DNA of 64,000 nucleotides from Candidatus Methylomirabilales bacterium (GCA_046758505.1 JBHIAH010000005.1:1-64000); one strand, 5' to 3'; counted from the stretch's first letter, positions 1 to 9,032 are shown. Numbers and translations: made by a program. The notes: a model not told the origin generated them from the sequence alone.

Positions 1-162
1 TCCGCCAGGGGCACTGAGGGGTTGTAGGGGAGTGGCTCCCCTACGCCTGGGGGGTGCTCAGCGAGGCCAGCGCCGCGCGCGGAAGGGGGGGGTCTGCCCC
101 CCTAGCGGACGTGCCGCACCAGAGATACATGTGTGAGTGAGGAGTAGTTGGTGCGGCACTAG
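1..162. mobile_element. Probable right end of a MITE/IS-like element (runs off the window start)
   Basis: Stacked GC-rich hairpins (24-44, 85-102) and an 11-bp perfect inverted repeat GTGCCGCACCA 111-121 / TGGTGCGGCAC 149-159 ending in CTAG (159-162); same layout as the element at 2773-2969. Confidence 0.4.
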
Positions 163-375
163 ATGTGGGGAGCGTGGGGAATCGGGATGATGCTGATGAT
201 GATCGTCTTCTGGGGGCTCGTCATCGTAGGCCTCGTCCTCGGCATCCGCTGGCTGCTCAGCCAGGGAAAGGAGTCGCGCTCGGATTCGGCGCTTGACATC
301 CTGAAGCACCGCTATGCCCGGGGCGAGGTCGACAAGGAGGAATACGAGGCCAAGAAGCGGGATCTCTTGGGATAG
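163..375 (+). CDS. Small membrane protein with C-terminal SHOCT domain
   Basis: Met/Trp/Gly-rich TM helix then ALDILKHRYARGEVDKEEYEAKKRDL (SHOCT motif); N-terminus may be truncated. Confidence 0.85.
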   Translation: MWGAWGIGMMLMMIVFWGLVIVGLVLGIRWLLSQGKESRSDSALDILKHRYARGEVDKEEYEAKKRDLLG

Positions 376-489
376 TTTAAACAGTCCGCCGGTAAACCCC
401 AACGGAGTTGGCGCCGTTGAAGAGGAACGGAGCGTACCGGGCCAGCTGGAAAACTGAACCGTTCATTCTGAAAAGAAAGGAGGTGATAT

Positions 490-924
490 GTGATGCGGAA
501 AGGACTGATCGCAATCCTGGCGCTGTTCCTGGTGATTGGCCTGGTCGACACTACGGTAGCCCAACAGGCACCTCAGAATCCCTGTGCAGGCCAACCGATG
601 ATGGGGAAAGGCCACATCGGAGGTCGAGGGATGATGGGCCGGGGCATGATGGGACAGATGGGAGGTCAAGGAATGATGGGCCCCGGCATGGGCATGATGG
701 GCCCGATGATGGGTTCCCCAGAGATCATGGGGGCCATGATGTCCATTCACGGCCAGGTCATGAGCCTCATGGGCGAGATGATGCAAAAGTACGGCCGGGC
801 CATGGGCCAGATGACCCCGGAGCTTCGGCAACAGATGCAGCAGGAGATGTTCGAGCGGATGGGCGAGATCCTGACCAAGCAGGGCACGGCATTGAAGGAA
901 AGGGCCAAGGCCGCCGGCAAGTAG
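490..924 (+). CDS. Exported Met/Gly-rich protein, putative Cu(I)/Ag(I) binder (copy 1)
   Basis: GGAGG at 479-483, signal peptide, repeated GMMG motifs; start GTG490 or ATG493; paralog at 6094-6576. Confidence 0.8.
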   Translation: MMRKGLIAILALFLVIGLVDTTVAQQAPQNPCAGQPMMGKGHIGGRGMMGRGMMGQMGGQGMMGPGMGMMGPMMGSPEIMGAMMSIHGQVMSLMGEMMQKYGRAMGQMTPELRQQMQQEMFERMGEILTKQGTALKERAKAAGK

Positions 925-933
925 ACTTTGAAA

Positions 934-958
934 GGAGGGGGCCGACAAGGCCCCCTCC
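934..958 (+). terminator. GC-rich hairpin after the Met-rich gene (terminator or stabilising stem)
   Basis: 10-bp perfect stem GGAGGGGGCC/GGCCCCCTCC; no clear U-tract. Confidence 0.45.
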
Positions 959-1039
959 CCTGCTCTCCGAAAGTCGAGAATCTAGCCTGGCGGCTCAGGT
1001 AGACGAAGGGGGCATTTTCACAAGGGGAAGAGAGATCAC

Positions 1040-1567
1040 ATGAAGAGCGTAGCTTCCTCCCGAGGCGAGAAGGGCCGCCCGGTCTGGGATTTCCCCGAAG
1101 CACGGGTCCTCGGTCCGGGGTTCGGGCTTTCCCTGGCGTGGGAGGTCCTTCAGTCGCCGTTCTATGCCGATACCTTTGAGGCGTCGTGGGTAACCCTGGG
1201 CTACAACCGGCTCCATTGCACCGCAGGCGACGTGCTGATCCTCCTCACCGCCTTTTGGATCGTGGCACTGATCTGGGGACGGTCCTGGATGGGTGCAGCC
1301 GGATGGGTCCCACTGACGTTGTTTGTGGGCATCGGTTTCGGCTACACGTTGTTCAGCGAGCACTTCAATGTCCACTTCGTCCAGAGCTGGGCGTACAGCC
1401 AATGGATGCCCACGATTGCCGGGTTCGGCCTCGTGCCGCTCCTTCAGTGGATGGTCATCCCTCCCATGATCGTCCAGCTTGCCCGAAACCGCACCGGCAC
1501 AGCCAAACTTTCGCTTCAACAGTCCAAAAAGCGATCGAGGGTACACCGCGCGGTTGAACGAGGCTAG
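1040..1567 (+). CDS. Hypothetical multi-pass membrane protein
   Basis: Several hydrophobic helices; motifs WEVLQSPFY, HCTAGD, WAYSQWMP, GLVPLLQW; start uncertain. Confidence 0.65.
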   Translation: MKSVASSRGEKGRPVWDFPEARVLGPGFGLSLAWEVLQSPFYADTFEASWVTLGYNRLHCTAGDVLILLTAFWIVALIWGRSWMGAAGWVPLTLFVGIGFGYTLFSEHFNVHFVQSWAYSQWMPTIAGFGLVPLLQWMVIPPMIVQLARNRTGTAKLSLQQSKKRSRVHRAVERG

Positions 1568-1570
1568 ACG

Positions 1571-2074
1571 ATGACCAGATCAGGCATTCTCGGAATCATT
1601 CTCATAGTATTCGGGCTCCTTGGCCTCTCATTCCTGGGCCCCGGGATGATGGGAAGGCCGGGCGGCATTCCCTTGAAGACGCAGTACACCTCCAATGGAG
1701 AGCGGATCTACTACACCGGGGTGAGCGAACGGACAGGCCCGATCCGCTTTCGAGGCGGTCCCATGTGGCTCGCGATGCACGGGGGCGGATGCGTAAGCTG
1801 CCATCGGGTCGATGGGCGGGGTGGCATCCCCGCGATGACGGGGACGGCAATCCCGCCCGACATCCGCTATGCGGTGCTCACGGAGGAGGAAGCGCATCGC
1901 CACCGGCAGGAGGAAGAGGAAAGACACCCACCTTACACGGACACGCTGATCAAGCGGGCCATCACGGAAGGCCTCAATCCCGCCGGCAAGTCCCTGGATT
2001 GGACCATGCCTCGATGGCAGATGACCGAGGAAGACTTGGACGATCTCATCGCGTATCTCAAGACGTTACGGTAA
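1571..2074 (+). CDS. Membrane-anchored monoheme cytochrome c
   Basis: N-terminal hydrophobic anchor, CVSCH heme motif, distal MPRW and DLIAYLKTL. Confidence 0.85.
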   Translation: MTRSGILGIILIVFGLLGLSFLGPGMMGRPGGIPLKTQYTSNGERIYYTGVSERTGPIRFRGGPMWLAMHGGGCVSCHRVDGRGGIPAMTGTAIPPDIRYAVLTEEEAHRHRQEEEERHPPYTDTLIKRAITEGLNPAGKSLDWTMPRWQMTEEDLDDLIAYLKTLR

Positions 2075-2113
2075 TTTCTTGGGACACGAGGAACGCAAGA
2101 GGAGGTGAAATCC

Positions 2114-2368
2114 ATGATGACGGGAAGCATGATGTGGGGTCCGGGATGGTTGGGATCGGGGTATGGACTCTTCGGCATGCTGTTGATGCTCCTGTTCTGG
2201 GTCCTCATCATTGTCGGTGTCGTTTTGATCGTCCGGTGGTTGATCGGTGAGGCGAGGTCGTCGCAGCCCGGGTCATCGGAGACGCCCCTCGATATTCTGA
2301 AGAAACGGTACGCCAGGGGTGAGATCGACAAAGAGCAATTCGAGAACATAAAGCGCGATTTGATGTAA
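2114..2368 (+). CDS. SHOCT domain membrane protein (copy 2)
   Basis: GGAGG at 2101-2105 then ATG2114; TM helix and PLDILKKRYARGEIDKEQFE. Confidence 0.85.
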   Translation: MMTGSMMWGPGWLGSGYGLFGMLLMLLFWVLIIVGVVLIVRWLIGEARSSQPGSSETPLDILKKRYARGEIDKEQFENIKRDLM

Positions 2369-2392
2369 CTTCTCGAAAAAGGAGACGCGGGA

Positions 2393-2776
2393 ATGCTGTA
2401 CGTTACCGAGACCACCAAAGATTTCGAGACGGCCGTCAAGGATCTGGAGGAGGCCGTGAAGCGACACAAATACGGGGTCCTCCACATCCACGATGTGCAA
2501 AGGACCCTGAAAGAAAAAGGGATCGACTTCCCCAACCGCGTTCGGATCCTGGAGGTCTGTAACCCCCAGCGGGCCAGCCGGGTCTTGACGGCCCACATGC
2601 CGGTCAATCTGGCACTCCCCTGCCGCATCTCCGTCTTCGAGCAGGAGGGGAAGATCAAGATCGGGATGATCAAGCCGACCTTCCTACTCTCGGTCTTCCC
2701 GCATCGGGAAGAGCTGAAGGCGGAAGCGGAGGCGGTGGAGCAGGATACGGTCCGGATGATCGATGAAGCACGCTAG
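2393..2776 (+). CDS. DUF302 family protein
   Basis: Motifs ILEVCNP and LPCRISV; 127 aa; AGGAG RBS. Confidence 0.85.
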   Translation: MLYVTETTKDFETAVKDLEEAVKRHKYGVLHIHDVQRTLKEKGIDFPNRVRILEVCNPQRASRVLTAHMPVNLALPCRISVFEQEGKIKIGMIKPTFLLSVFPHREELKAEAEAVEQDTVRMIDEAR

Positions 2777-2969
2777 CTCGCATTATTCACGAAGACACTC
2801 CGTTCGTGAATAATGCGCCTGCAGGTGCGGGCTCGGCCGCACCGGCAGGTTTCAATCCCGCCGCTGCGGCGGGACTCAAGGCTAGCCCTGAGCGCCGCCC
2901 TGCAAACGCGGGGCGGCGTCGAAGCCCGGGGGGCAGAGCATTCACTTCTATGTGAATAATCCGGGCTAG
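2773..2969. mobile_element. MITE-like element bounded by CTAG
   Basis: Terminal inverted repeats CTAGCTCGCATTATTCAC / GTGAATAATCCGGGCTAG (16/18 match), several internal hairpins, no transposase. Confidence 0.7.
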
Positions 2970-3002
2970 GAGGTTCGCCCTCCGCCTGGCAAGGAGGAGA
3001 CC

Positions 3003-3620
3003 ATGGCACGTAAGAACAGACACCCGAAGCAATCCAAACCATCGCGGTCGAGCGGAAAATCAAAGCCTCGACCGCCGACAGCCTTCGTGCTGGTTGGCGT
3101 GCTGTTGTTGGGACTGGCAGGAGGCTTGGTCTTCGTCTATGGCCGGAGCGGGACGCCCGGCAGAGCCGAAGCGCCTGGCACAGAGAGCGCCTCTCTGCCG
3201 CCCCTGTCCACCCAGGGCACATCCATCCGTGGCTGGCACGACATGGCCAACATCCCCAAGAGCTTTACGGGACATCCGCTGCCCAAAGATCAGCCACAGC
3301 CGGACGTCTCCGTGAAGCCGGCCAACCGCTATCTCAGCGCTGTAGGTCGCAGGGATGTGGTGAACCTGAACTACATCGTGGTCAACGACGGCAACCAGGA
3401 CCTCGTAATTGACAATGTGGTCACGTCCTGCGGCTGCACCACAGCAACGCTGAGCCACAGCATCATTCCGCCCGGACATCGGGCTGATCTCGATGTGCGT
3501 TTCGATGCCGGCTATCACCCCGTGAAGCCGGGGGAGCAGGTTGTACGGGTGGTGTGGCTGCGGACGAACGATCCGGACACGCCTGTGGCCGAAGCGCGCC
3601 TGACAGCCGTTATTCGCTAG
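3003..3620 (+). CDS. Membrane-anchored DUF1573 (Ig-like, SCGC) protein
   Basis: AGGAGG RBS, basic N-terminus plus TM helix, NDGNQDLVIDNVVTSCGCT and TNDP motifs. Confidence 0.8.
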   Translation: MARKNRHPKQSKPSRSSGKSKPRPPTAFVLVGVLLLGLAGGLVFVYGRSGTPGRAEAPGTESASLPPLSTQGTSIRGWHDMANIPKSFTGHPLPKDQPQPDVSVKPANRYLSAVGRRDVVNLNYIVVNDGNQDLVIDNVVTSCGCTTATLSHSIIPPGHRADLDVRFDAGYHPVKPGEQVVRVVWLRTNDPDTPVAEARLTAVIR

Positions 3621-3636
3621 ACTCGAGAGGTGCAAC

Positions 3637-4887
3637 GTGCGTCGGTGGCAGGTGTTGATCCTCGTCGTAAGCGGCCTGCTGGTCCTGGGAAGACCCGCGA
3701 CACCAGCCCTGGCCCAAGCGGAGGCCTCCGGGGTCGTCCATATTTTCTTTAGCAGGGGCTGTGCCGACTGCTGGCCTTATGTCGAGAAAACACTCGTCCC
3801 GGCGCTCAGGGCCGGTGGAGTCACTGCGGAGCCGGTGATCCACGACTTTACACGGCCCGGCGGCCGCCAGTTACTGGCAGACCAGGCGGCGGCCGTCGGA
3901 CTCCCCCGCCGGATCGCCGACTCCCTGTACGCCTTCGTCACGCGACCGGATAGCGGGTCCCTCGTTGTGCTGGGACATGTGCCCCGCCCTCTGCTTGACG
4001 AGCTGCTGGCGCGTGATCACTTGCCCCGCAAGCTCGTCATCCAGCAGCCCAAAATGCATGGCACCCCAGAGGAGTATCGCCTGTGGTCCTTTGCTGGCGA
4101 GGTCCTGAGCTTCCCCATCGACACACCGCTCACCGAGGCGCTGCCACTGCTGCCGCCCACTCCTAGCCAGACTTTATTGGCTCCGGGTGACGCCAACCCG
4201 GCAACGCTACTGCCAGCCGTCGTGGTGACCGGCTTGCTGGACAGCATCAACCCATGCGCCTTCGCCGTCATCCTGCTATTGCTCGCCTTCTTGTTCACCA
4301 TCCGCAAGAGTCGGGGGCAGATCCTCGGGCTAGGAGCCATCTACGTGGCGGTGATCTTTGCCGTCTATTTCGCCATCGGCGTGGGGATCTTGAGCGCAGT
4401 CCGGATCAGCGAGGACCCACACTTCGTAGCGCGCGTCGGCAGTTATCTGCTGATTGGCCTGGGCGTCCTGAACCTGATCGAATACCGCTGGCCCCAATTC
4501 CCCCTTAAGCTGCACATGCCGGCCGCGGCACATGAGAAGGTTAACAAGCTCCTGAAGGTCGCGACCGTGCCCGCGACCATTGGGATAGGCTTCATCGTCG
4601 GGCTATGTACCTTTCCGTGCTCAGGCGGCATATATGTTAGCATTATCACGCTCCTGAACGCCAAGACGACGCTGGCCTGGGGCCTGGCCTATCTGACGCT
4701 CTACAACCTGCTCTACATTTTTCCGCTCGTGGTCATCCTACTCGCTGCGGGCAACCGGCTCACGGCCAAGAAGTGGGCGGCCTGGGAACGGGAGCACGCG
4801 TTAAGCCTTCGACTGTGGTTCGGCCTGATTATGATCGGCCTCGGGGCCGTGATGTTATGGATGGTGATTCCGGCAGGGAGTGCGTAA
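3637..4887 (+). CDS. CcdA/DsbD-like membrane protein with N-terminal exported CxxC domain
   Basis: Signal peptide, FFSRGCADC, then about six TM helices with DSINPCAF and FPCSGGIY. Confidence 0.8.
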   Translation: MRRWQVLILVVSGLLVLGRPATPALAQAEASGVVHIFFSRGCADCWPYVEKTLVPALRAGGVTAEPVIHDFTRPGGRQLLADQAAAVGLPRRIADSLYAFVTRPDSGSLVVLGHVPRPLLDELLARDHLPRKLVIQQPKMHGTPEEYRLWSFAGEVLSFPIDTPLTEALPLLPPTPSQTLLAPGDANPATLLPAVVVTGLLDSINPCAFAVILLLLAFLFTIRKSRGQILGLGAIYVAVIFAVYFAIGVGILSAVRISEDPHFVARVGSYLLIGLGVLNLIEYRWPQFPLKLHMPAAAHEKVNKLLKVATVPATIGIGFIVGLCTFPCSGGIYVSIITLLNAKTTLAWGLAYLTLYNLLYIFPLVVILLAAGNRLTAKKWAAWEREHALSLRLWFGLIMIGLGAVMLWMVIPAGSA

Positions 4888-4960
4888 GCAACATGGACGA
4901 GTGCGCACCTCGCGTAACCCGTAACGGAGAGCAGGCAACAGTGTCCGGGAAGGAGCAGAT

Positions 4961-5362
4961 ATGAGGCACGTCTGGCTCATCGGAACGGTGGTCCTGTTAG
5001 GGACATTCGTCCTCGCCGGGTGTGGGGGCGGACAGCCCGACATTACCGTTGCATCCACGCGCCACGATTTCGGTCCGGTAAAACAGGGCCAGGTGGCTAC
5101 AGCGGATATCGCCGTTCGCAACACGGGCAAGGGCGACCTGAAAATCGAATCGGTCTCCACATCTTGCGGCTGCACCTCGGCCCGCGTTCAGCCCGACGTC
5201 ATTCCTGCCGGCGGCGAAGGCCGGCTGATCATCCGCTACGACTCGGGAGTCCATCCCGACAGGGGACCGGTACAGCGCCACATCTATATCGCCTCGAATG
5301 ACCCCGATGAAGCGGAGGTAGAGGTAATCATCACGGCCGACGTTCAGCCACCAGCCCAGTGA
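4961..5362 (+). CDS. DUF1573 lipoprotein (SCGC)
   Basis: Lipobox LAGC; HDFGPV, NTGKGDLKIESVSTSCGCT and SNDP motifs. Confidence 0.85.
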   Translation: MRHVWLIGTVVLLGTFVLAGCGGGQPDITVASTRHDFGPVKQGQVATADIAVRNTGKGDLKIESVSTSCGCTSARVQPDVIPAGGEGRLIIRYDSGVHPDRGPVQRHIYIASNDPDEAEVEVIITADVQPPAQ

Positions 5363-5549
5363 ACAGGAGCAAGTCATCTTTCTCTTCTTCTCGCCTGTGG
5401 CTTCGGGGAAAGGCCCCAAGGGGAACCCCTCGCTAATAACAGCCAGATCGCTATTGAATGCACAGCTTAGCGGGGAAAGATCCGGGGTTTGTGACCTTTA
5501 CCACACTTGCACCCTAGCAAGGAAAAACTGATCTCGCCCTTAGCAGACG

Positions 5550-5579
5550 TTGACAAAGCTGGGAAATTTGGGCTATTAT
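5550..5579 (+). promoter_or_regulatory. Sigma70-type promoter
   Basis: TTGACA-N18-TATTAT upstream of the Pro-rich ORF. Confidence 0.6.
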
Positions 5580-5648
5580 ATGAGTTTATGGCCCATGTTT
5601 GCCCATCCAGGCGACGTTCCGAAGCCACAACTTCCCGAGGAGCCTGAG

Positions 5649-5921
5649 TTGATACGCAGGGGGACGGTCTACGTTCTGGTTTGTGGCTTTCTGACGGGTT
5701 TCGGGCTGTGTTTCATCATCGATCACGACGATAACCATCACGGACCGGGTGCACCGTTGACCGTGTCCCACACCGCTGAAGCCTGTGGGACGCCTGCAGT
5801 GCTGTGCAAAGATCATCTTGACTGTACAAAGGTGCTGCTCGCTTCTTCGCTCGAGACCCCGGATAATACCTTATACGAAGGCGTTTCCCTTAGGCCTCCT
5901 TTCCCACCCCCTCGCGGATAG
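5649..5921 (+). CDS. Small His/Cys-containing protein with Pro-rich C-terminus (CutF/DUF2946-like leader candidate)
   Basis: GAGGAG then in-frame TTG5649 (the ORF-track start at 5550 overlaps the -35 box); hydrophobic N-terminus, DHDDNHH, five Cys, ends RPPFPPPRG. Confidence 0.55.
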   Translation: MIRRGTVYVLVCGFLTGFGLCFIIDHDDNHHGPGAPLTVSHTAEACGTPAVLCKDHLDCTKVLLASSLETPDNTLYEGVSLRPPFPPPRG

Positions 5922-6093
5922 GTACTCGACCGCCTTTCCTCTTGCGACTGTCTGGTGTAGAACACCTACATGCAGATGCGGAGAATCCTCCCGTGCCTGG
6001 GGCTGATGTGGTCACCGGCGGCCTACCCGTGCAAGCAAGGCCTTCAAATAACCTCCATCACGTGATCTGAATAGCAAGAAGGAGGTAAATGCG

Positions 6094-6576
6094 ATGCAGA
6101 AAGGACTGATTACAACCGTGGCACTAACGCTCGTGCTGGGATTTGCCGGTTACGCCCTGGCTCAACAAGGGCCAAAGAATCCTTGTACAGGCCAACAGAT
6201 GATGCGGCAAGGCCACATGGGTCGTCAGGGCATGATGGGCCCTGGCATGGGCATGAGAGGCCAGATGGGCCCCCAGCAAATGGGGCCTATGGGAGGCCAA
6301 GGCATGATGGGCCCTGGCATGGGCATAATGGGCGGCGGCACCGGTATGATGGGCCCCATGATGGGTTCCCCAGAGATCATGGGGACCATGATGTCCATTC
6401 ACGGCGAGACCATGAGCCTCATGGGCGAAATGATGCAGAAGTACGGAGGGGCCATGGGACAGATGACGCCCGAGCTGCGGCAACAGATGCAGCAGGAGAT
6501 GATGAAGCGCATGGGCGAGATTCTGACCAAACACGGGACGGCGCTGAAGGATCGGGCCAAGGCTGCCGGGAAATAG
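6094..6576 (+). CDS. Exported Met/Gly-rich protein (copy 2)
   Basis: AAGGAGGT RBS, signal peptide, GMMGPGMG repeats; C-terminal half nearly identical to 490-924. Confidence 0.85.
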   Translation: MQKGLITTVALTLVLGFAGYALAQQGPKNPCTGQQMMRQGHMGRQGMMGPGMGMRGQMGPQQMGPMGGQGMMGPGMGIMGGGTGMMGPMMGSPEIMGTMMSIHGETMSLMGEMMQKYGGAMGQMTPELRQQMQQEMMKRMGEILTKHGTALKDRAKAAGK

Positions 6577-6812
6577 GCTTTGCCGGGAGGGCGCTCGATG
6601 GGACCCCTCCCCTGCACTATAGAAGCCAAAACCTAAGACCGATGGCTCATGGGTCAAACGAGATCAACAAGGAGAAATTTGAGGACCGGAAACGACTGGT
6701 TTCCGAGTAAAGTAGATCAAGATCATGGATATCTTGCTGACGCCGCGACGGCGGGCGAATGCTGCCCGAGAAGCGCTGCGCATCCGCGAAATCACCCCCG
6801 GACCCACGAGTA

Positions 6813-7604
6813 ATGAGCAATCGTACAGACAACAGTTCAGGCGCAAGCGGGGAGGCCCTGAGCGCTCCCGTCGACAACGTAGCGTCGAGCCTGTCCCTGA
6901 CGTCGCGGTCCGGGAAGCGCGCCGCACGGGTGAGAATTGTCGTCGGGTTCGTGATTGTGATCGTGCTGGCGGCCACGTATGCGCTCCTGTCGAAGACCGG
7001 TGCGCTTGCCACCATTTTGGATGGGGCGGCGTTGCAGGAGCGCATCGTCCGGCTCGGCCTGTTTGGCCCGCTGGCGGTGATCGGGCTGATGGCGGTCGCC
7101 ATCGTGCTGAACCCGATTCCGAGCGCCCCGATCGCCTTAGCCGGCGGCGCCGCTTTCGGCCATACCTGGGGAACCATGTACGTTCTGACTGGCGCCGAGA
7201 TCGGCGCCCTCATTGCCTTTGCCATCGGGCGGCTGCTGGGCTACGAGGTGCTGCACAGATGGTTCGGGGACCGCCTGTCCCTCGGGCTGCTCGGCTCTCA
7301 GAACGCGTTGATGGCAATCGTTTTCGTGACGCGACTGGTCCCCTTCATCTCCTTCGACCTGGTCAGCTACGCGGCCGGTTTGACGCCATTGGCTACCTGG
7401 CGTTTCGCCGTGGCGACCTTGGCTGGGATCGCTCCCGCGAGCTTTCTACTGGCGCACTTTGGCAGTGAAATGGTGTCGGCCGACACGCGGCGAATTACGA
7501 TCTCCGTGCTGGCGCTTGGTGGCCTCACTCTGATTCCGGTCGCGGTCAAGCTGATCTTGGACCGGCGCCGGAGACGGGCTGCGAAGCGGAGCGACGCTTC
7601 ATGA
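6813..7604 (+). CDS. TVP38/TMEM64 (VTT/DedA superfamily) membrane protein
   Basis: Motifs NPIPSAPIALAGGAAFG, RLVPFISFDLVSYAAGLT, FAVATLAGIAP; start uncertain (ORF opens at 6759). Confidence 0.85.
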   Translation: MSNRTDNSSGASGEALSAPVDNVASSLSLTSRSGKRAARVRIVVGFVIVIVLAATYALLSKTGALATILDGAALQERIVRLGLFGPLAVIGLMAVAIVLNPIPSAPIALAGGAAFGHTWGTMYVLTGAEIGALIAFAIGRLLGYEVLHRWFGDRLSLGLLGSQNALMAIVFVTRLVPFISFDLVSYAAGLTPLATWRFAVATLAGIAPASFLLAHFGSEMVSADTRRITISVLALGGLTLIPVAVKLILDRRRRRAAKRSDAS

Positions 7605-7629
7605 TCAGTGCCGAGCCGACCCCACATGA

Positions 7630-7850
7630 GAGGACCGGGCGGCATTCCCCTAGAGGCCCCGTATGCTTCCAATGAGGAGTGCATCTACTACACCGGGGTC
7701 AGCGAGCGAATGGGTCTCCTCCCCTTTCAAGGAGGTCCTATGTGCCCGCGATGCACGGGGGTAGGGCGTCAGCTCCCATGGGGTCGATGGCTCGCGGGGT
7801 ACCGGCTGTGTGGGGGATAAAGCTTCCTGCCGATATCCGCTCTGTGCTGC
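7630..7850 (+). pseudogene. Degenerate fragment of the cytochrome c gene at 1571-2074
   Basis: PGGIPLEAPYASNEECIYYTGVSERMG aligns with PGGIPLKTQYTSNGERIYYTGVSERTG; frameshifted, with no intact CxxCH. Confidence 0.75.
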
Positions 7851-8149
7851 CCACTAACTTCTCGAGCCCGAACGAGCGAGAAACCGAGCGGGATTCTCAC
7901 AGGGATGCCGGCGGTCATATACATAATAGAGGAATGGCAGATTGACCCGGACGGTCACCAGCCCGTGAGAGGATAGGCTATGGAACCCTCTCATCACGAC
8001 ATGACATACGAGCACGACAGCCAGAGGCAGCGATCCACGGTACTTACAAGGGAGCCGCGAGTGCGCACGAAGGTAGCCACCAGGCCCCCCGCCCGCACTC
8101 GGATCGCGTGACCCGGCCAGCGCACATGGTGTCAGAGGAGGAGGCAGCA

Positions 8150-8605
8150 ATGAAAGGAATGTGGAAAGCGACTGTCAGCCTTGTCGCCGCTATCTGTCTT
8201 GGGGTCACTGCTCTGCTGACAGCGGGGCAGCAGTCCGAGGGAGCTGAGAATGGAGTTCAATTACTCATCCCGATTATGCGCCCCGAGAGGGGAAGGCAGC
8301 TCTTCGCCAGCAAGGGTTGTGTGGTGTGTCACTCGATAAATGGCGTTGGAGGACGCGGCGCAGCAGCACTAGACGCGTCGACCATGAAGGGGCTTATGAA
8401 CCCCTTCGACTTCGCAGCAAAGATGTGGAGGGGAGCGCCTGTCATGATCGCGATGCAGATAGGAGAGCTAGGCCATCAAATCGAATTTACCGGACAGGAG
8501 TTAGCGGACATCATTGCGTTCGTTCATGATTCCGATGAACAACGTAAGTTCTCGACGAAGGATATTCCGCCGAACATTCGCAAGCTCATGCGGCGCAAAG
8601 ACTAG
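8150..8605 (+). CDS. Exported monoheme cytochrome c
   Basis: GAGGAGG RBS, signal peptide, GRQLFASKGCVVCH; resembles one domain of the diheme protein at 32409. Confidence 0.85.
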   Translation: MKGMWKATVSLVAAICLGVTALLTAGQQSEGAENGVQLLIPIMRPERGRQLFASKGCVVCHSINGVGGRGAAALDASTMKGLMNPFDFAAKMWRGAPVMIAMQIGELGHQIEFTGQELADIIAFVHDSDEQRKFSTKDIPPNIRKLMRRKD

Positions 8606-9032
8606 AATTCACCTCACGGGACTAGTCGGGTGCACAGGGAAACACCAATGGCCGAGTCTGATGAGGGTGTCGCGAGGCGCGGCGCGAACCAAGGAGCACT
8701 CTACGAGAAAAATGGTCCGGCCTTCGTCCAACGGGCCGCTGGGTACGGAGCAATCCACAACACGCCCGAGATCCAGGTTCGGATCCACATCACGGCGGAA
8801 TGGCTCCGACCCCGCAACGTGCGCGGGAGCAAAGGAGACGGCTGAGGAGTGCTCGACGAGGTCAGGCTATCCGCGATGGAGGCGGCTTCGGGTCGATCAT
8901 TGACCGGAACTGACATCAGCCGGAGCCGTTCGAGGCGCTGAAGCTCCTGGATACCATCATTAAGATTTACGCGAGTCGGATGAATTGATGAGCATTTAGA
9001 ATTGTGGCACAGCTTAGGAACGGGGGACTATC

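Noticed and set aside
463..948. His-rich minus-strand ORFs (also 6124-6657)
   Set aside because: The CAT codons are simply the complement of the Met codons on the coding strand.
3003..5362. Selenocysteine recoding in the DUF1573/CcdA genes
   Set aside because: All motif positions are ordinary Cys codons in open frames.
5400..5500. Possible structured RNA (CCCTCGCTAA/TTAGCGGGG pairing)
   Set aside because: One imperfect stem with no recognisable family.
8606..9030. Short ORFs 8514-8903, 8630-8845 and 9004-9264
   Set aside because: No motifs or convincing RBS; 9004-9264 overlaps the better small ORF at 9033 in another frame.
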